This document shows, piece by piece, positions 48,515 through 57,764 of a stretch of DNA of 64,000 nucleotides; within the stretch, counting starts at the first letter, position 1; every line of letters begins with the position of its first letter. This DNA is from Minisyncoccota bacterium (GTDB lineage: Bacteria; Patescibacteriota; Minisyncoccia; JAHIHE01; JAGLIN01), in assembly GCA_023142595.1 (NCBI GenBank), contig JAGLJF010000003.1:3873-67872 (forward strand), read 5' to 3'. Position numbers and translations under genes: made by a program. The notes under the pieces are model-generated. The model was not told where the DNA came from. It worked only from the letters and a program-made list of their open reading frames with translations, and did no database searches.

Positions 48515-49858
48515 TTATTCCCAAACAACACAAACCTGAAGATCACAAACATTTGTTCCTGTGCCGTTTCCCATGGAGATTAATCCGTTTGTTTTTTTCA
48601 AGAAATCGTAGCTTCTGTGATTTTCTAGATATTTATCAATATCTATTTTTTTATTTTTAATAATATCAAAAGTTTTGTAATCAACAATTCCTCCGGCAAC
48701 GCCATCTATAAAATCTGTGCCATCACTTGCGCAAGAAATAAATGCCCATTTTTTATCAAATCTTGTCATTTCTTTTAAAAACGCTAAAGCAAATTCTTGA
48801 TTTCTTCCGCCTTTAGCATCTTTGTTTTTTATAGTAACTGTAGTTTCACCACTGAAAATGAAAGTTTTGTATTCTTTATTTTTTAATTTCTTTTTTGAGA
48901 TTAACCTTATAATCTTTTTAGCATATTTTTCTGCTTGAATTTTTGTTTCGCCTGTTACTTTTCTGTTTAAAATAACGGAGGTGTAGTTTAAGTCTTCACA
49001 TTTTTTTTCTGCAGAATCTACAAGATTATTTGTATCTGTAATAATTATATTTTTTACTTTTGGAAAAGCTTTTTTTGTAGAAAAATCTTGTTGCAATTTT
49101 TCTTTTACTATTTTCGATATCTTATTTTCCAGTTTATATTTTTTTATTATTAAGTAGGCGGATCTAACATGCTTTATGTTTACAGTTGGTCCAGAAGCAA
49201 TTGTTTTCAGGTCATTGCCAATGACATCCGAAATAATCAAAGAATAAATTTTTGCTGGAAAAAAATGTCTTGCCAGTCCTCCGCCCTTTACTTGAGATAA
49301 TTTTTGTCTTACTGCATTTATTTCATTTATATTTGCTCCGGAATAAAGAAGCGCTTTGGTGGTTTTTTGCATATCCCGTAAAGTGATTCCGCTAATTGGA
49401 TATTCCATTAATGCTGAGCCTCCTCCAGAAATCAAGCAAAAAATTATATCACCACTTCCTATTTCAAATTCTTCCTTAAGTTTCAAAATTTCTCTCGTTC
49501 CTTCGATGCTTGATTTATTTGGCAGAGGATGTCCTGCCAATACAGTTTTGATTTTTTTAGTTTTTGGTTTATATCCTTTGTAATTTATTCTGCCAGCGGT
49601 AATATTTTTTACTCCGATAATCTTTTCAAAATTTTCTGCCATTATACCTGTTGCTTTTCCTGCGCCAATCACAAAAATTCTATTCTTTTTCAAATCAGCC
49701 GCTTTTTGATCGTTGATAAATATTTCATCTTTAATTCTTTTTAAAGAATTTTTCAAGACAAATTGTGGAGTTGAATGAGAAATCGAATAGTCAACGATTT
49801 TCAATAAATCTCTTTTTTGTTTAGTGTTGGCAATTGATTTAAAATTTTTTACAAGCAT
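48515..49858 (-). CDS. Glycerate 2-kinase (MOFRL/GckA-TtuD family)
   Basis: DUF4147+MOFRL pattern: FVIGAGKATG, LISGGGSALME, KGGGLARHF, ISDVIGNDL. Confidence 0.7.
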   Translation of the reverse strand: MLVKNFKSIANTKQKRDLLKIVDYSISHSTPQFVLKNSLKRIKDEIFINDQKAADLKKNRIFVIGAGKATGIMAENFEKIIGVKNITAGRINYKGYKPKTKKIKTVLAGHPLPNKSSIEGTREILKLKEEFEIGSGDIIFCLISGGGSALMEYPISGITLRDMQKTTKALLYSGANINEINAVRQKLSQVKGGGLARHFFPAKIYSLIISDVIGNDLKTIASGPTVNIKHVRSAYLIIKKYKLENKISKIVKEKLQQDFSTKKAFPKVKNIIITDTNNLVDSAEKKCEDLNYTSVILNRKVTGETKIQAEKYAKKIIRLISKKKLKNKEYKTFIFSGETTVTIKNKDAKGGRNQEFALAFLKEMTRFDKKWAFISCASDGTDFIDGVAGGIVDYKTFDIIKNKKIDIDKYLENHRSYDFLKKTNGLISMGNGTGTNVCDLQVCVVWE

Positions 49859-50066
49859 GGAGAATGATTTTAATATCTAAATATCTTAATAAATAGGTCT
49901 GCTGATTTACTTCTGGTTCCCCCTGATAAGGGGGTTGGGGGGTTTGAAAAATGGCTAAGAAAAACTGAATTATTTTTTTAAGATTGTGAAATTTTATCTC
50001 TTTTTATAAAAATTAGATGAAAATCAGCAGCCACTAGATATAACAAAATTAATATATTATCAGATA

Positions 50067-50248
50067 TGTCATCCTGAATAATGTCATGCTGAATTTATTT
50101 CAGTATTATTTCAGGATCTTCTGTTTTTTTAAATCTAAATTTTACTACAAAACACAATTCTTTTGTATATGACAAACCAATATTAGATGATTTATAGTTT
50201 ATGTTTATTGTAATATTCAACAGATTCTGAAATAAATTCAGAATGACA
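50067..50248. mobile_element. Family-1 MITE, full-length (~182 bp)
   Basis: TGTCATCCTGAATAATGTCATGCTGAA... ...GATTCTGAAATAAATTCAGAATGACA. Confidence 0.7.
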
Positions 50249-50286
50249 AGATGTGTTTTTTAAAAAATAAATAATATTAACAGAGC

Positions 50287-51480
50287 TTATTTATATTTAT
50301 CAAGAAAATAATTTCTATCATTCCAAAATATTTTTGCTTGATTCGTAATTTTCTTTTCACATGATTCAGATGAACATTCTAGTGTTTTTCTAAAAAAACT
50401 GATAAAACGTCCAAAATATAACGACCTCAACGCCTCTATTAAACTAGAATTAATATCTGTTTTATCATAAGCATAAATAGCATCATAAACTATTTTGTGC
50501 CAGAGAGTGTCATTTATCGCAATATTGTCGTTATCATACATATTTTTGATTTCGACAAAAACATCTTTACTTAAGAATTCTTTTAGTACGCTTTCGTTAC
50601 TTTGAAAATCAAAGATCGAAGTTGTTTTCATCCCCTTATAGTCAATACTTAGTGTTTGTGGTTGGTCAAACTCTTTTTTACCAAAAAAAGGTATCTTGGT
50701 TTTTGTATCGACATCCATCCATTTCTCCTTGTTTTCACAAATATCTTTAAATAGAGTGCCTACTACTTGAGAAAACATAGGGCCCAATTTTGGCGCGCTT
50801 GGTTTATGAATTTTTGCGCCCAATCCAACTTGTGCTATTTTAAATCCTCCTAGAATAGCGTTCATTGTCATGAAAATATCAATACCATATTGTCTGGTTG
50901 TTTTGTGCCATTTACATTTTAGCCAATGTTCGGCTAGTCGTGGTGAAAAGGAAAAATCGCCTCCAATTGGTTGTCTAATATCATATCCCAATAATCCATA
51001 GATTAAGGGATAACAGATGTGATTAGTTATAGATCCATCATATTCTGATCTTGAATATAAAGGAGTGGCATAATCATATCCAGCTAAAATAGGCTCAAAA
51101 AGCCATTTAACCCAATCCCCTGTGATACTTTTTATGTCTGCATCAATTACGGCAATGGCGGTTGAGTCTAGTTTTAAAACTTGATTAAATAAATTACAAA
51201 AATTATTTCCTTTTCCAACAACTCCTGGCAATGTTGAAATATAGATTTTTGGTGTTTTCGTTTTAACATTTAAAAATGCTTCTCTTGTTCCATCAGCTGA
51301 ATTATTATCGACATTAATAATGACAGCTGAATGTTTGCTGAAATTTTTAACCAAGCCTTTATCTATTTGTTTGACAACATTAGCAATATTGTCAGCTTCG
51401 TTATAAGATGGAATGCCGACAACTAAATCCGCCTGAATTATTTTATTCGGATTAATTATTTTGTTTTTAATGCTTTGCAT
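50287..51480 (-). CDS. GT2-family glycosyltransferase, glucosyl/mannosyl-3-phosphoglycerate synthase-like
   Basis: VVGIPSYNEADNI, VIDADI (DxD), and QPIGGDFSFSPRLAEHWL resembling the GpgS family acceptor loop. About 100-aa C-terminal extension. Confidence 0.5.
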   Translation of the reverse strand: MQSIKNKIINPNKIIQADLVVGIPSYNEADNIANVVKQIDKGLVKNFSKHSAVIINVDNNSADGTREAFLNVKTKTPKIYISTLPGVVGKGNNFCNLFNQVLKLDSTAIAVIDADIKSITGDWVKWLFEPILAGYDYATPLYSRSEYDGSITNHICYPLIYGLLGYDIRQPIGGDFSFSPRLAEHWLKCKWHKTTRQYGIDIFMTMNAILGGFKIAQVGLGAKIHKPSAPKLGPMFSQVVGTLFKDICENKEKWMDVDTKTKIPFFGKKEFDQPQTLSIDYKGMKTTSIFDFQSNESVLKEFLSKDVFVEIKNMYDNDNIAINDTLWHKIVYDAIYAYDKTDINSSLIEALRSLYFGRFISFFRKTLECSSESCEKKITNQAKIFWNDRNYFLDKYK

Positions 51481-51637
51481 AGTTTTCAGTTATTGACTCA
51501 ACCTATATTACTCTCTTAAAATAAATTCGTGTGTTTATAATAAATTGATTTAAAATGTATTCCCCTCTTGAGAGGGGAATTTGTTTGGTGTTATTATTCA
51601 TCAACTGCGAATAATTTGAATTTAAAAATTATCTGTA

Positions 51638-52588
51638 TTATTTACAATCCGCTGCTCTTTTTTGAATTCTCGCAAACTCGTTGTCGTAGTGTTCTTGAAT
51701 TTCTTGCACAAGTCCTGCATTTTCAGGCTTGAGAAGATGTTTGAATCTTTTTTGTGACTTAAACCACTCGAGAATTGATGTCTTTTTTTTCGGTGTATAG
51801 TTTAAAGTGAACTTGCCATGATCAACTTCATAAAGTGGCCAATAGTTTGATTGAACTGCCAACTCACAAATTCGTACTGTTTCAGATGGATCAAACCCCC
51901 AACTTCTTTGACAAGGACTAATCAAGTTTATAAACGATGGTCCCTCAACTTCAAGCGCTCGTTTTGCTTTTTTTATTAAGTCTGCAAAATTTGAAATTGA
52001 AGCTTGAGCGACATAATTAATGTGATGTCCTTCAATGATAGCAGTCAAATCTTTTCGAAATTCGTTTTTTCCTTGCTGAACTTTTCCCGCTGGCGAAGTT
52101 GTCGTGTGCGACCCGCGTGGAGTTGCTCCTGATCTTTGATTTCCAGTGTTCATATAAGCACCGTTGTCATAGCAAACATAAAGAAATTGATGTCCTCGTT
52201 CGAGAGCTCCAGAAAGACTTTGAAGTCCGATGTCATATGTTCCACCATCACCACCAATAACCAAAAATTTCACATTATCAGGAAGATCTTTGGCCCATTT
52301 TGGTCTGTCTTTCGGCTTCTTTTTCAAAATTACTTTATATGACTCAATTATTCCGCTAGCAGTTGCAGAAGCATTTTCAAAAGCATTATGTATCCAAGGA
52401 GTTTTCCAAGCCGTGTAAGGATAAATTGTGGTGGCAACTTCAAGACAGCTTGTGGCATTAATAATCACAACTGGCTCATCAATAGCCGCTAAAATTAACT
52501 TAATATTAATCGGTTCTGCACACCCTGCACAAAGACGATGCCCTGAAGTCAATCGCTCTTCTTTTTGAGATAGCTCTACAAGATTCAT
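51638..52588 (-). CDS. 2-oxoacid:ferredoxin oxidoreductase beta subunit (TPP-binding; PorB/KorB-like), apparently orphan
   Basis: CAGCAEP N-terminus. TPP motif GGDGGTYDIG. No alpha/gamma/delta partner on either side within the window. Confidence 0.7.
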   Translation of the reverse strand: MNLVELSQKEERLTSGHRLCAGCAEPINIKLILAAIDEPVVIINATSCLEVATTIYPYTAWKTPWIHNAFENASATASGIIESYKVILKKKPKDRPKWAKDLPDNVKFLVIGGDGGTYDIGLQSLSGALERGHQFLYVCYDNGAYMNTGNQRSGATPRGSHTTTSPAGKVQQGKNEFRKDLTAIIEGHHINYVAQASISNFADLIKKAKRALEVEGPSFINLISPCQRSWGFDPSETVRICELAVQSNYWPLYEVDHGKFTLNYTPKKKTSILEWFKSQKRFKHLLKPENAGLVQEIQEHYDNEFARIQKRAADCK

Positions 52589-52690
52589 ATTTTTTAATTT
52601 ATATTTTTATTTATTGTTTTTATTATAGCAGAGTTTAAGGGAAAATAAAAACTTATAGATTGTTTTTTAAATTACAAAACAATATTAAAA

Positions 52691-52795
52691 TGTCATCTCG
52701 AAATGAGTAGAACGATTGAGAAATCTAAAAATAGCAACAAATGAACTAAATTATATTTATAGATATCTCGTCGTTATTACTCCCACGAAATGACA
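52691..52795. mobile_element. Family-2 MITE
   Basis: TGTCATCTCGAAATGAGTAGAACGATTGAGAAATCT...CCCACGAAATGACA. Confidence 0.65.
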
Positions 52796-52871
52796 AATTA
52801 TTTTTTGTGATTCAAAATATATAATGTCGCTTACTAAAATACTTAATCGCACTATACAAAAAAACAATTTC

Positions 52872-53618
52872 TTATTCTGATATTAGACTAGAAAGTGATA
52901 CAATGACAATTACTCCTAATAATAACATCAGAGATTGAACAATGATTATTCTTTTATTTTTTTCTTTATGAATTTCGGGAATTAGATCAGCAGTAGCAAT
53001 ATATATAAATCCACCTCCAGCAATTGCCAAAATAATTGGCACAAGTCCTTCAACTTTTTTTGCAAAGAAAAAGATTGCAAAAACTCCCAAAAAAGAAGTT
53101 AAAGAAGAAAGAAAATTAAAAATAAGCGCCTTTTTACGAGAAAATCCTCCATGAACCAAGACAGCAAAGTCTCCAACTTCTTGTGGAATTTCATGCATCA
53201 CAATTGCAAAGGAAGTCATAACTCCTGTTGGAATATTAATTAGAAAAGCGGCGGCAATTAAGGCTCCATCAATAAAATTATGAAAAGCATCTCCAACCAA
53301 ATTCAAATATGTAAATGGACGATGATATGTTTCGCAACTTTCATCGTGGCAATGATGCCAATTAATATATGTTTCCAAAACAAAAAATAGCATCATACCA
53401 ACAAGCACATAAATCATCACATTTCCTCCCGCCTTCTCAATCGCTTCAGGCAAAATATTAAAAAAAGCTGCTCCCAAAAACGAACCAGTCGCAAAAGCAA
53501 CTAGCGCTGGTATAATTTTATTAAGTAACTCTTTTTTGATGGAAATTGTAAAAATCCCAATCAGTGAAATTACACTAATCGTAAAAACGGCAATCAGTGC
53601 GTAGATAAATTCATTCAT
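52872..53618 (-). CDS. ZIP-family metal (Zn/Fe) transporter, ZupT-like
   Basis: HEIPQEVGDFAVL motif. 8 TM helices. Confidence 0.8.
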   Translation of the reverse strand: MNEFIYALIAVFTISVISLIGIFTISIKKELLNKIIPALVAFATGSFLGAAFFNILPEAIEKAGGNVMIYVLVGMMLFFVLETYINWHHCHDESCETYHRPFTYLNLVGDAFHNFIDGALIAAAFLINIPTGVMTSFAIVMHEIPQEVGDFAVLVHGGFSRKKALIFNFLSSLTSFLGVFAIFFFAKKVEGLVPIILAIAGGGFIYIATADLIPEIHKEKNKRIIIVQSLMLLLGVIVIVSLSSLISE

Positions 53619-53645
53619 TTTGTTTTTTTAATATTAATAAATTAT

Positions 53646-54884
53646 TTATGCTTCAGAAATTATGTCGAATACCCCAGCCTTTGCACTTCCTGTAATTGTG
53701 AGAGCATATACCCTTTGCGCTATATTTTGGGAAACAATCTTTTTTGCTGTCTCATTAAGTGTCGATCCTGAACCAGTTACATCATCTATAAGTAGAATAT
53801 TTTTATATTGTTTCTTACTAGATACAACAATTGTCTTTTTAGCATTTAATATTCTATCTTCTACTTTTTTTAAACTTTTTTGTTGAATAGGAACGAGAGT
53901 TTTTTCTTTTGAAAAAGCAATTTTATCGCAAGAAGTTCTTAATTGTTGAGCAATAAATGTCATAAGCTGTGTTTTTCTCGCAACCGTTGGAGGAATAAAT
54001 GCCACACAATCGATTTTATATTGTTGAACAATTTTATCAATACTTTTTTGTATTTTATCAACAATCACTTTCATCAATACTTTATTTGTATGACCTGACT
54101 TTGCAGTCCTAACTATCTGGCTCAAGGCAGTTTTACCAAAAACTGGCAAAGCATCAAAGTCTTGATGAAATAATTTTTCTATATATACATTATCGCCAAA
54201 AATATGGTGCAACTTCTCCGTAGCATCAATCATCAGCACTCCAATCTGATTGTTGTAATATTTTTTTCGTATGCTTATATATTCTTCTGCGAGTTTTTTA
54301 ATGTCCGATCTGCCAGATCGATTTTTTGCCCAATATTCAAAGCCCTTAATACCTTTCAACAAGCGTCCTTCTGGCGTTGTATAGACATAATATTTTTCAA
54401 TAGCCTCTTTTTGCTCAGGCGAAAAAATATTTTTATCTTTTTGAAAATTATATGAATAGATAATCTTTTTCGGTGGCGAGCCAAACTTACCGAGAGTGCC
54501 ATCATCTACAAACCTTTTTACATATTTTTTTGCTGAACCTACACTAACATTCCAAACGCATGCAAAATCGTCTATAGTCATTTGTTCGACATATTCAAAG
54601 AGAAATTCAAGTGCTTTATTATTCACGACGAGTTTGTATTTTACATTCGCACCTTTATTGACAGTTTTTCTCAAAATTTCATCTTCAACAAGCTTCCGAA
54701 GTATTTTTCCAATACCTTCACGAGAGAGTGTACTACCTTTCTTAATATCAGAAACAGCAAATACACCAGTGTCTACTAGATTATTAATAATTATTTTATG
54801 TTGTTTGTTTTTATCTTCCATATCACTCATTGTACTATAGAAAGAATGCTTTGTCAATGTTAATTTAATAGCTAATTTAAGCAA
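53646..54884 (-). CDS. Winged-HTH + phosphoribosyltransferase-domain protein (ComF/GntX-like PRTase C-terminus)
   Basis: C-terminal ILLIDDVTGSGSTLNETAKKI PRPP-binding motif. N-terminal wHTH-like segments (ILRKLVEDEILRK). The real start is probably an internal Met (MSDMEDKNK). Confidence 0.45.
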   Translation of the reverse strand: MLKLAIKLTLTKHSFYSTMSDMEDKNKQHKIIINNLVDTGVFAVSDIKKGSTLSREGIGKILRKLVEDEILRKTVNKGANVKYKLVVNNKALEFLFEYVEQMTIDDFACVWNVSVGSAKKYVKRFVDDGTLGKFGSPPKKIIYSYNFQKDKNIFSPEQKEAIEKYYVYTTPEGRLLKGIKGFEYWAKNRSGRSDIKKLAEEYISIRKKYYNNQIGVLMIDATEKLHHIFGDNVYIEKLFHQDFDALPVFGKTALSQIVRTAKSGHTNKVLMKVIVDKIQKSIDKIVQQYKIDCVAFIPPTVARKTQLMTFIAQQLRTSCDKIAFSKEKTLVPIQQKSLKKVEDRILNAKKTIVVSSKKQYKNILLIDDVTGSGSTLNETAKKIVSQNIAQRVYALTITGSAKAGVFDIISEA

Positions 54885-55043
54885 TATTATATAGTACGCA
54901 TTATACTATAGAAATAATAAGTTAAAAATACTTGTTTTTTGGCTAATTTAAGTAATAATCCATAGTACTTATTATACTGTGGATAAATGATATAAAGAAA
55001 GAAAATGATTAACAAATAGTTATAATCCTCTTTTAAGAATTTA

Positions 55044-55361
55044 TTATTCCAAATTTACTAAAACAAGCCCAATTGTGATTGCTCCGATGCCGATAAATTG
55101 AATAGGTGTTATATTTTCTTTGAAAACAAAATAACCAATTATTGTCATGGCAATAATTGAAAGTGAAATCCAGAGGATGTTTGTAATTGCCATTCCTTCA
55201 TATGCTAGTGATTTGGCAAAAAGAAAACCAGCTCCGCCAAAAAATAAAAAAGTAGCAAAAAGAAATAGTGAATTTTTATTAACACTATAAAGCTTAGCAC
55301 ATAATGTGCCAGATATATCTAATACTATAATTGCTGTGATGTATAGCGCAAATATGCTCAT
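55044..55361 (-). CDS. SMR-family small multidrug resistance efflux protein (EmrE/QacE-like)
   Basis: 105 aa, 4 TM. Conserved Glu in TM1 region (...LCAKLYS...). Family-typical size. Confidence 0.7.
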   Translation of the reverse strand: MSIFALYITAIIVLDISGTLCAKLYSVNKNSLFLFATFLFFGGAGFLFAKSLAYEGMAITNILWISLSIIAMTIIGYFVFKENITPIQFIGIGAITIGLVLVNLE

Positions 55362-55566
55362 ACTAATTTGTTTATATTGTCTAAATGTCTATTTTATTAT
55401 ATTGTATATATAATACGGCTGATTGGCAAATGAGTTTGTGGCGATTGATAAAAAATATAAGAATTTAAATATAACCAAGTAAATGCAACACTCACGAATG
55501 TCACCTTCAATCTCGTAATAACATTTCATTCTTAATAAGCTGTGGACAAGTGAATATAAAAACTTT

Positions 55567-56517
55567 ATGAATCTAACGAAAATAACCAAAATTACAACAG
55601 AATCAAGCCAAAAAGGGCAAAGAATTGATAAATTTTTGTCTGATTTTGATTCTACGATTTCTCGGTCAAAATGGCAAAAAATCATCAAAGAGGGACAAAT
55701 TTTGACTAATAATAAAGAAGTTAAAGCAGATTATGTTTTAAAGGAAAATGATGTAATTCAAATTTTACCAGCAAAAAAAGAGATAAAGAAAAAAAAGAAG
55801 ATTCCTGATGTCAAAATCATTTATGAGGATGATGCTGTTATCGTACTAGACAAGCCTGCAGGCGTTCTTTCTCAAGATGCACCTTCAAGTCCGAGTCCTA
55901 GTCTTACAGACTTTCTTTTGAATTATTATCCACCGATTAAAAATGTTGGAGAGAGTGAAGATCGTTGTGGAATTGTACATCGATTAGACAAAGACACTTC
56001 AGGAATTATTATTGTCGCTAAAAATGAAAAAAGTTTTTTGTTTTTGAAAAATCAATTTCAAAATAGAGAAGTACAAAAAACATATATGGCTCTCGTCTAT
56101 GGCAATATAAAAGAAAAAGAAGGTAAGATTGAATTGAAAATCGGCAGGTCAAAATCAAAACCAAATATGCAAACCGTAATAGATAGTAAAAGAAAAAAGG
56201 AAATTAAATCAAGAGAAGCATTAACATTTTATAAAGTTCAAAAAACTTTTCCAAATTATACTTTGCTTGCAGTATTTCCAAAAACAGGAAGAATGCATCA
56301 AATTCGAGTTCATTTAAAGTCTATTGGACATCCAATAGTTGGAGATCAAAAATATTTTTTCAAAAAAAACGTAGAAATCAAGCCAAAATTAAACCGACAA
56401 TTTTTGCATGCAAGTGAATTAGAAATCAAATTACCAAACGGAAAAACAAAGATTTTTGAATCAAGCCCTGCCAATGATTTAAATGATTTTCTTCTTAAAA
56501 TAAGTAGTCTTGACTAA
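55567..56517 (+). CDS. rluD: 23S rRNA pseudouridine synthase, RluD/RluA family with S4 domain
   Basis: S4 domain RIDKFLSD. Catalytic HRLDKDTSG motif. Confidence 0.8.
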   Translation: MNLTKITKITTESSQKGQRIDKFLSDFDSTISRSKWQKIIKEGQILTNNKEVKADYVLKENDVIQILPAKKEIKKKKKIPDVKIIYEDDAVIVLDKPAGVLSQDAPSSPSPSLTDFLLNYYPPIKNVGESEDRCGIVHRLDKDTSGIIIVAKNEKSFLFLKNQFQNREVQKTYMALVYGNIKEKEGKIELKIGRSKSKPNMQTVIDSKRKKEIKSREALTFYKVQKTFPNYTLLAVFPKTGRMHQIRVHLKSIGHPIVGDQKYFFKKNVEIKPKLNRQFLHASELEIKLPNGKTKIFESSPANDLNDFLLKISSLD

Positions 56518-56618
56518 TTCTAGTTTATACAGTAGTATGAAGTAGTCTAAATAATAGATTTGTCTTTTTTATTGCAGAGAGCCTAAGACCTAATTTAATT
56601 TAAAAAGTAATTAAAAAT

Positions 56619-57188
56619 ATGACAGTAACACTACAAGAATTTAATCATAGTCGTACCCGCGCGGACATGCCGAACATTAAACCTGGACATGTTGTGAAAG
56701 TTTATCAAAAAATTGTTGAAACAAAGGGGGTCGGAAAAAAAGCTGAAACAAAAGAAAGAGTTCAGATTTTTGAAGGTCTTGTTTTGGGCAGAAAGGGAGG
56801 AGATGGAATTAACGCAACTATTACTGTTCGAAAAATTTCTGGTGGAATTGGAGTTGAAAGAATTTTCCCAATAAATGCTCCAACTATTGAAAAAATTGAG
56901 CTAGTTAAGATTACAAAAGCAAGAAGAGCAAAATTGAATTTTATGAGGGATAGAATTGGAAAAGCAACAAAGCCAAAAGGAGAACTTATTGATCCAAAAG
57001 AAAATATAGTTGGCATAAAAGAAGAAATTTCCGAAGAAGATAAAAATGCAGAAACAAAGACCGATGATACAGAAATTAAAGGAAAAGAAGAAATGAAAGA
57101 ATCATCAAAGGAAAAAGAAGAAGATGTTGCAGTTGAAAAAGAAGAAAAGGTTGCGAAAGATAAAAAAGAGGTTACAGAAGAAAAATAG
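56619..57188 (+). CDS. rplS: 50S ribosomal protein L19 with ~70-aa K/E-rich C-terminal extension
   Basis: Aligns with L19 (PNIKPGHVVKVYQKIVE...RVQIFEGLVLGRKG...ITVRKIS). Acidic/basic tail. Confidence 0.85.
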   Translation: MTVTLQEFNHSRTRADMPNIKPGHVVKVYQKIVETKGVGKKAETKERVQIFEGLVLGRKGGDGINATITVRKISGGIGVERIFPINAPTIEKIELVKITKARRAKLNFMRDRIGKATKPKGELIDPKENIVGIKEEISEEDKNAETKTDDTEIKGKEEMKESSKEKEEDVAVEKEEKVAKDKKEVTEEK

Positions 57189-57213
57189 ATATACAGTTTG
57201 TTAATTTTATTCA

Positions 57214-57296
57214 GCCGAGGTGGCGGAATTGGTATACGCAGCAGGTTGAGGGCCTGTGTCCAATCGGGCGTGAGGGTTCAAGTCCCTCTCTCGGCA
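57214..57296 (+). tRNA. tRNA-Leu (anticodon GAG)
   Basis: Hand-folded cloverleaf. Anticodon loop TTGAGGG. Long variable arm. Confidence 0.8.
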
Positions 57297-57323
57297 CAGA
57301 CTAAAATTAATATAATTGATTAA

Positions 57324-57397
57324 GGGCGATTAGCTCAGTTGGCTAGAGCACCTCGTTTACACCGAGGGGGTCGGGGGTTCGAATCCCTCATCGCCCA
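57324..57397 (+). tRNA. tRNA-Val (anticodon TAC)
   Basis: GGGCGATTAGCTCAGTTGG... Anticodon loop TTTACAC. T-loop GGTTCGAATCC. Confidence 0.8.
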
Positions 57398-57479
57398 CCC
57401 CTTGTCATTCTGAATTTTATTCAGAATATTCTTAATAAAACTTATATTTGTTGTTTATATATAATTTTAGCCGAGGTAG

Positions 57480-57552
57480 CTCAGTTGGTAGAGCAAAGGA
57501 CTGAAAATCCTTGTGTCGGCAGTTCAAGTCTGCCTCTCGGCACAAATAAAAA
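57480..57552 (+). tRNA. tRNA-Phe (anticodon GAA)
   Basis: GCCGAGGTAGCTCAGTTGG... Anticodon loop CTGAAAA. Confidence 0.8.
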
Positions 57553-57556
57553 AATA

Positions 57557-57588
57557 CTAGCTAGACTAGTATTTTTTGTTTGGAGCGG
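57557..57588. terminator. Bidirectional terminator hairpin between convergent tRNA-Phe and tRNA-Gly
   Basis: AAAAATACTAG-ctaga-CTAGTATTTTT: stem flanked by A-run and T-run. Confidence 0.4.
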
Positions 57589-57590
57589 AT

Positions 57591-57666
57591 GACCGGAGTC
57601 GAACCGGCGACCTTCTCCTTGGCAAGGAGACGTTCTAGCCACTGAACTACATCCGCAATCTACCTA
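57591..57666 (-). tRNA. tRNA-Gly (anticodon GCC), CCA encoded
   Basis: rc GCGGATGTAGTTCAGTGG... Anticodon loop TTGCCAA. Ends ...CCGCTCCA. Confidence 0.8.
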
Positions 57667-57764
57667 CACAGAATACCATAAATTTATAATTTTGCAATAC
57701 TTACACTGTAAATTTTAGATTACTTTAAATAACATTTCACAATTTAAAAAAATAAACCTTAACT

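Noticed and set aside
55389-55688. 99-aa minus-strand ORF upstream of rluD
   Set aside because: It overlaps the rluD start and promoter region. AT-rich, no RBS, no motif. Likely spurious.
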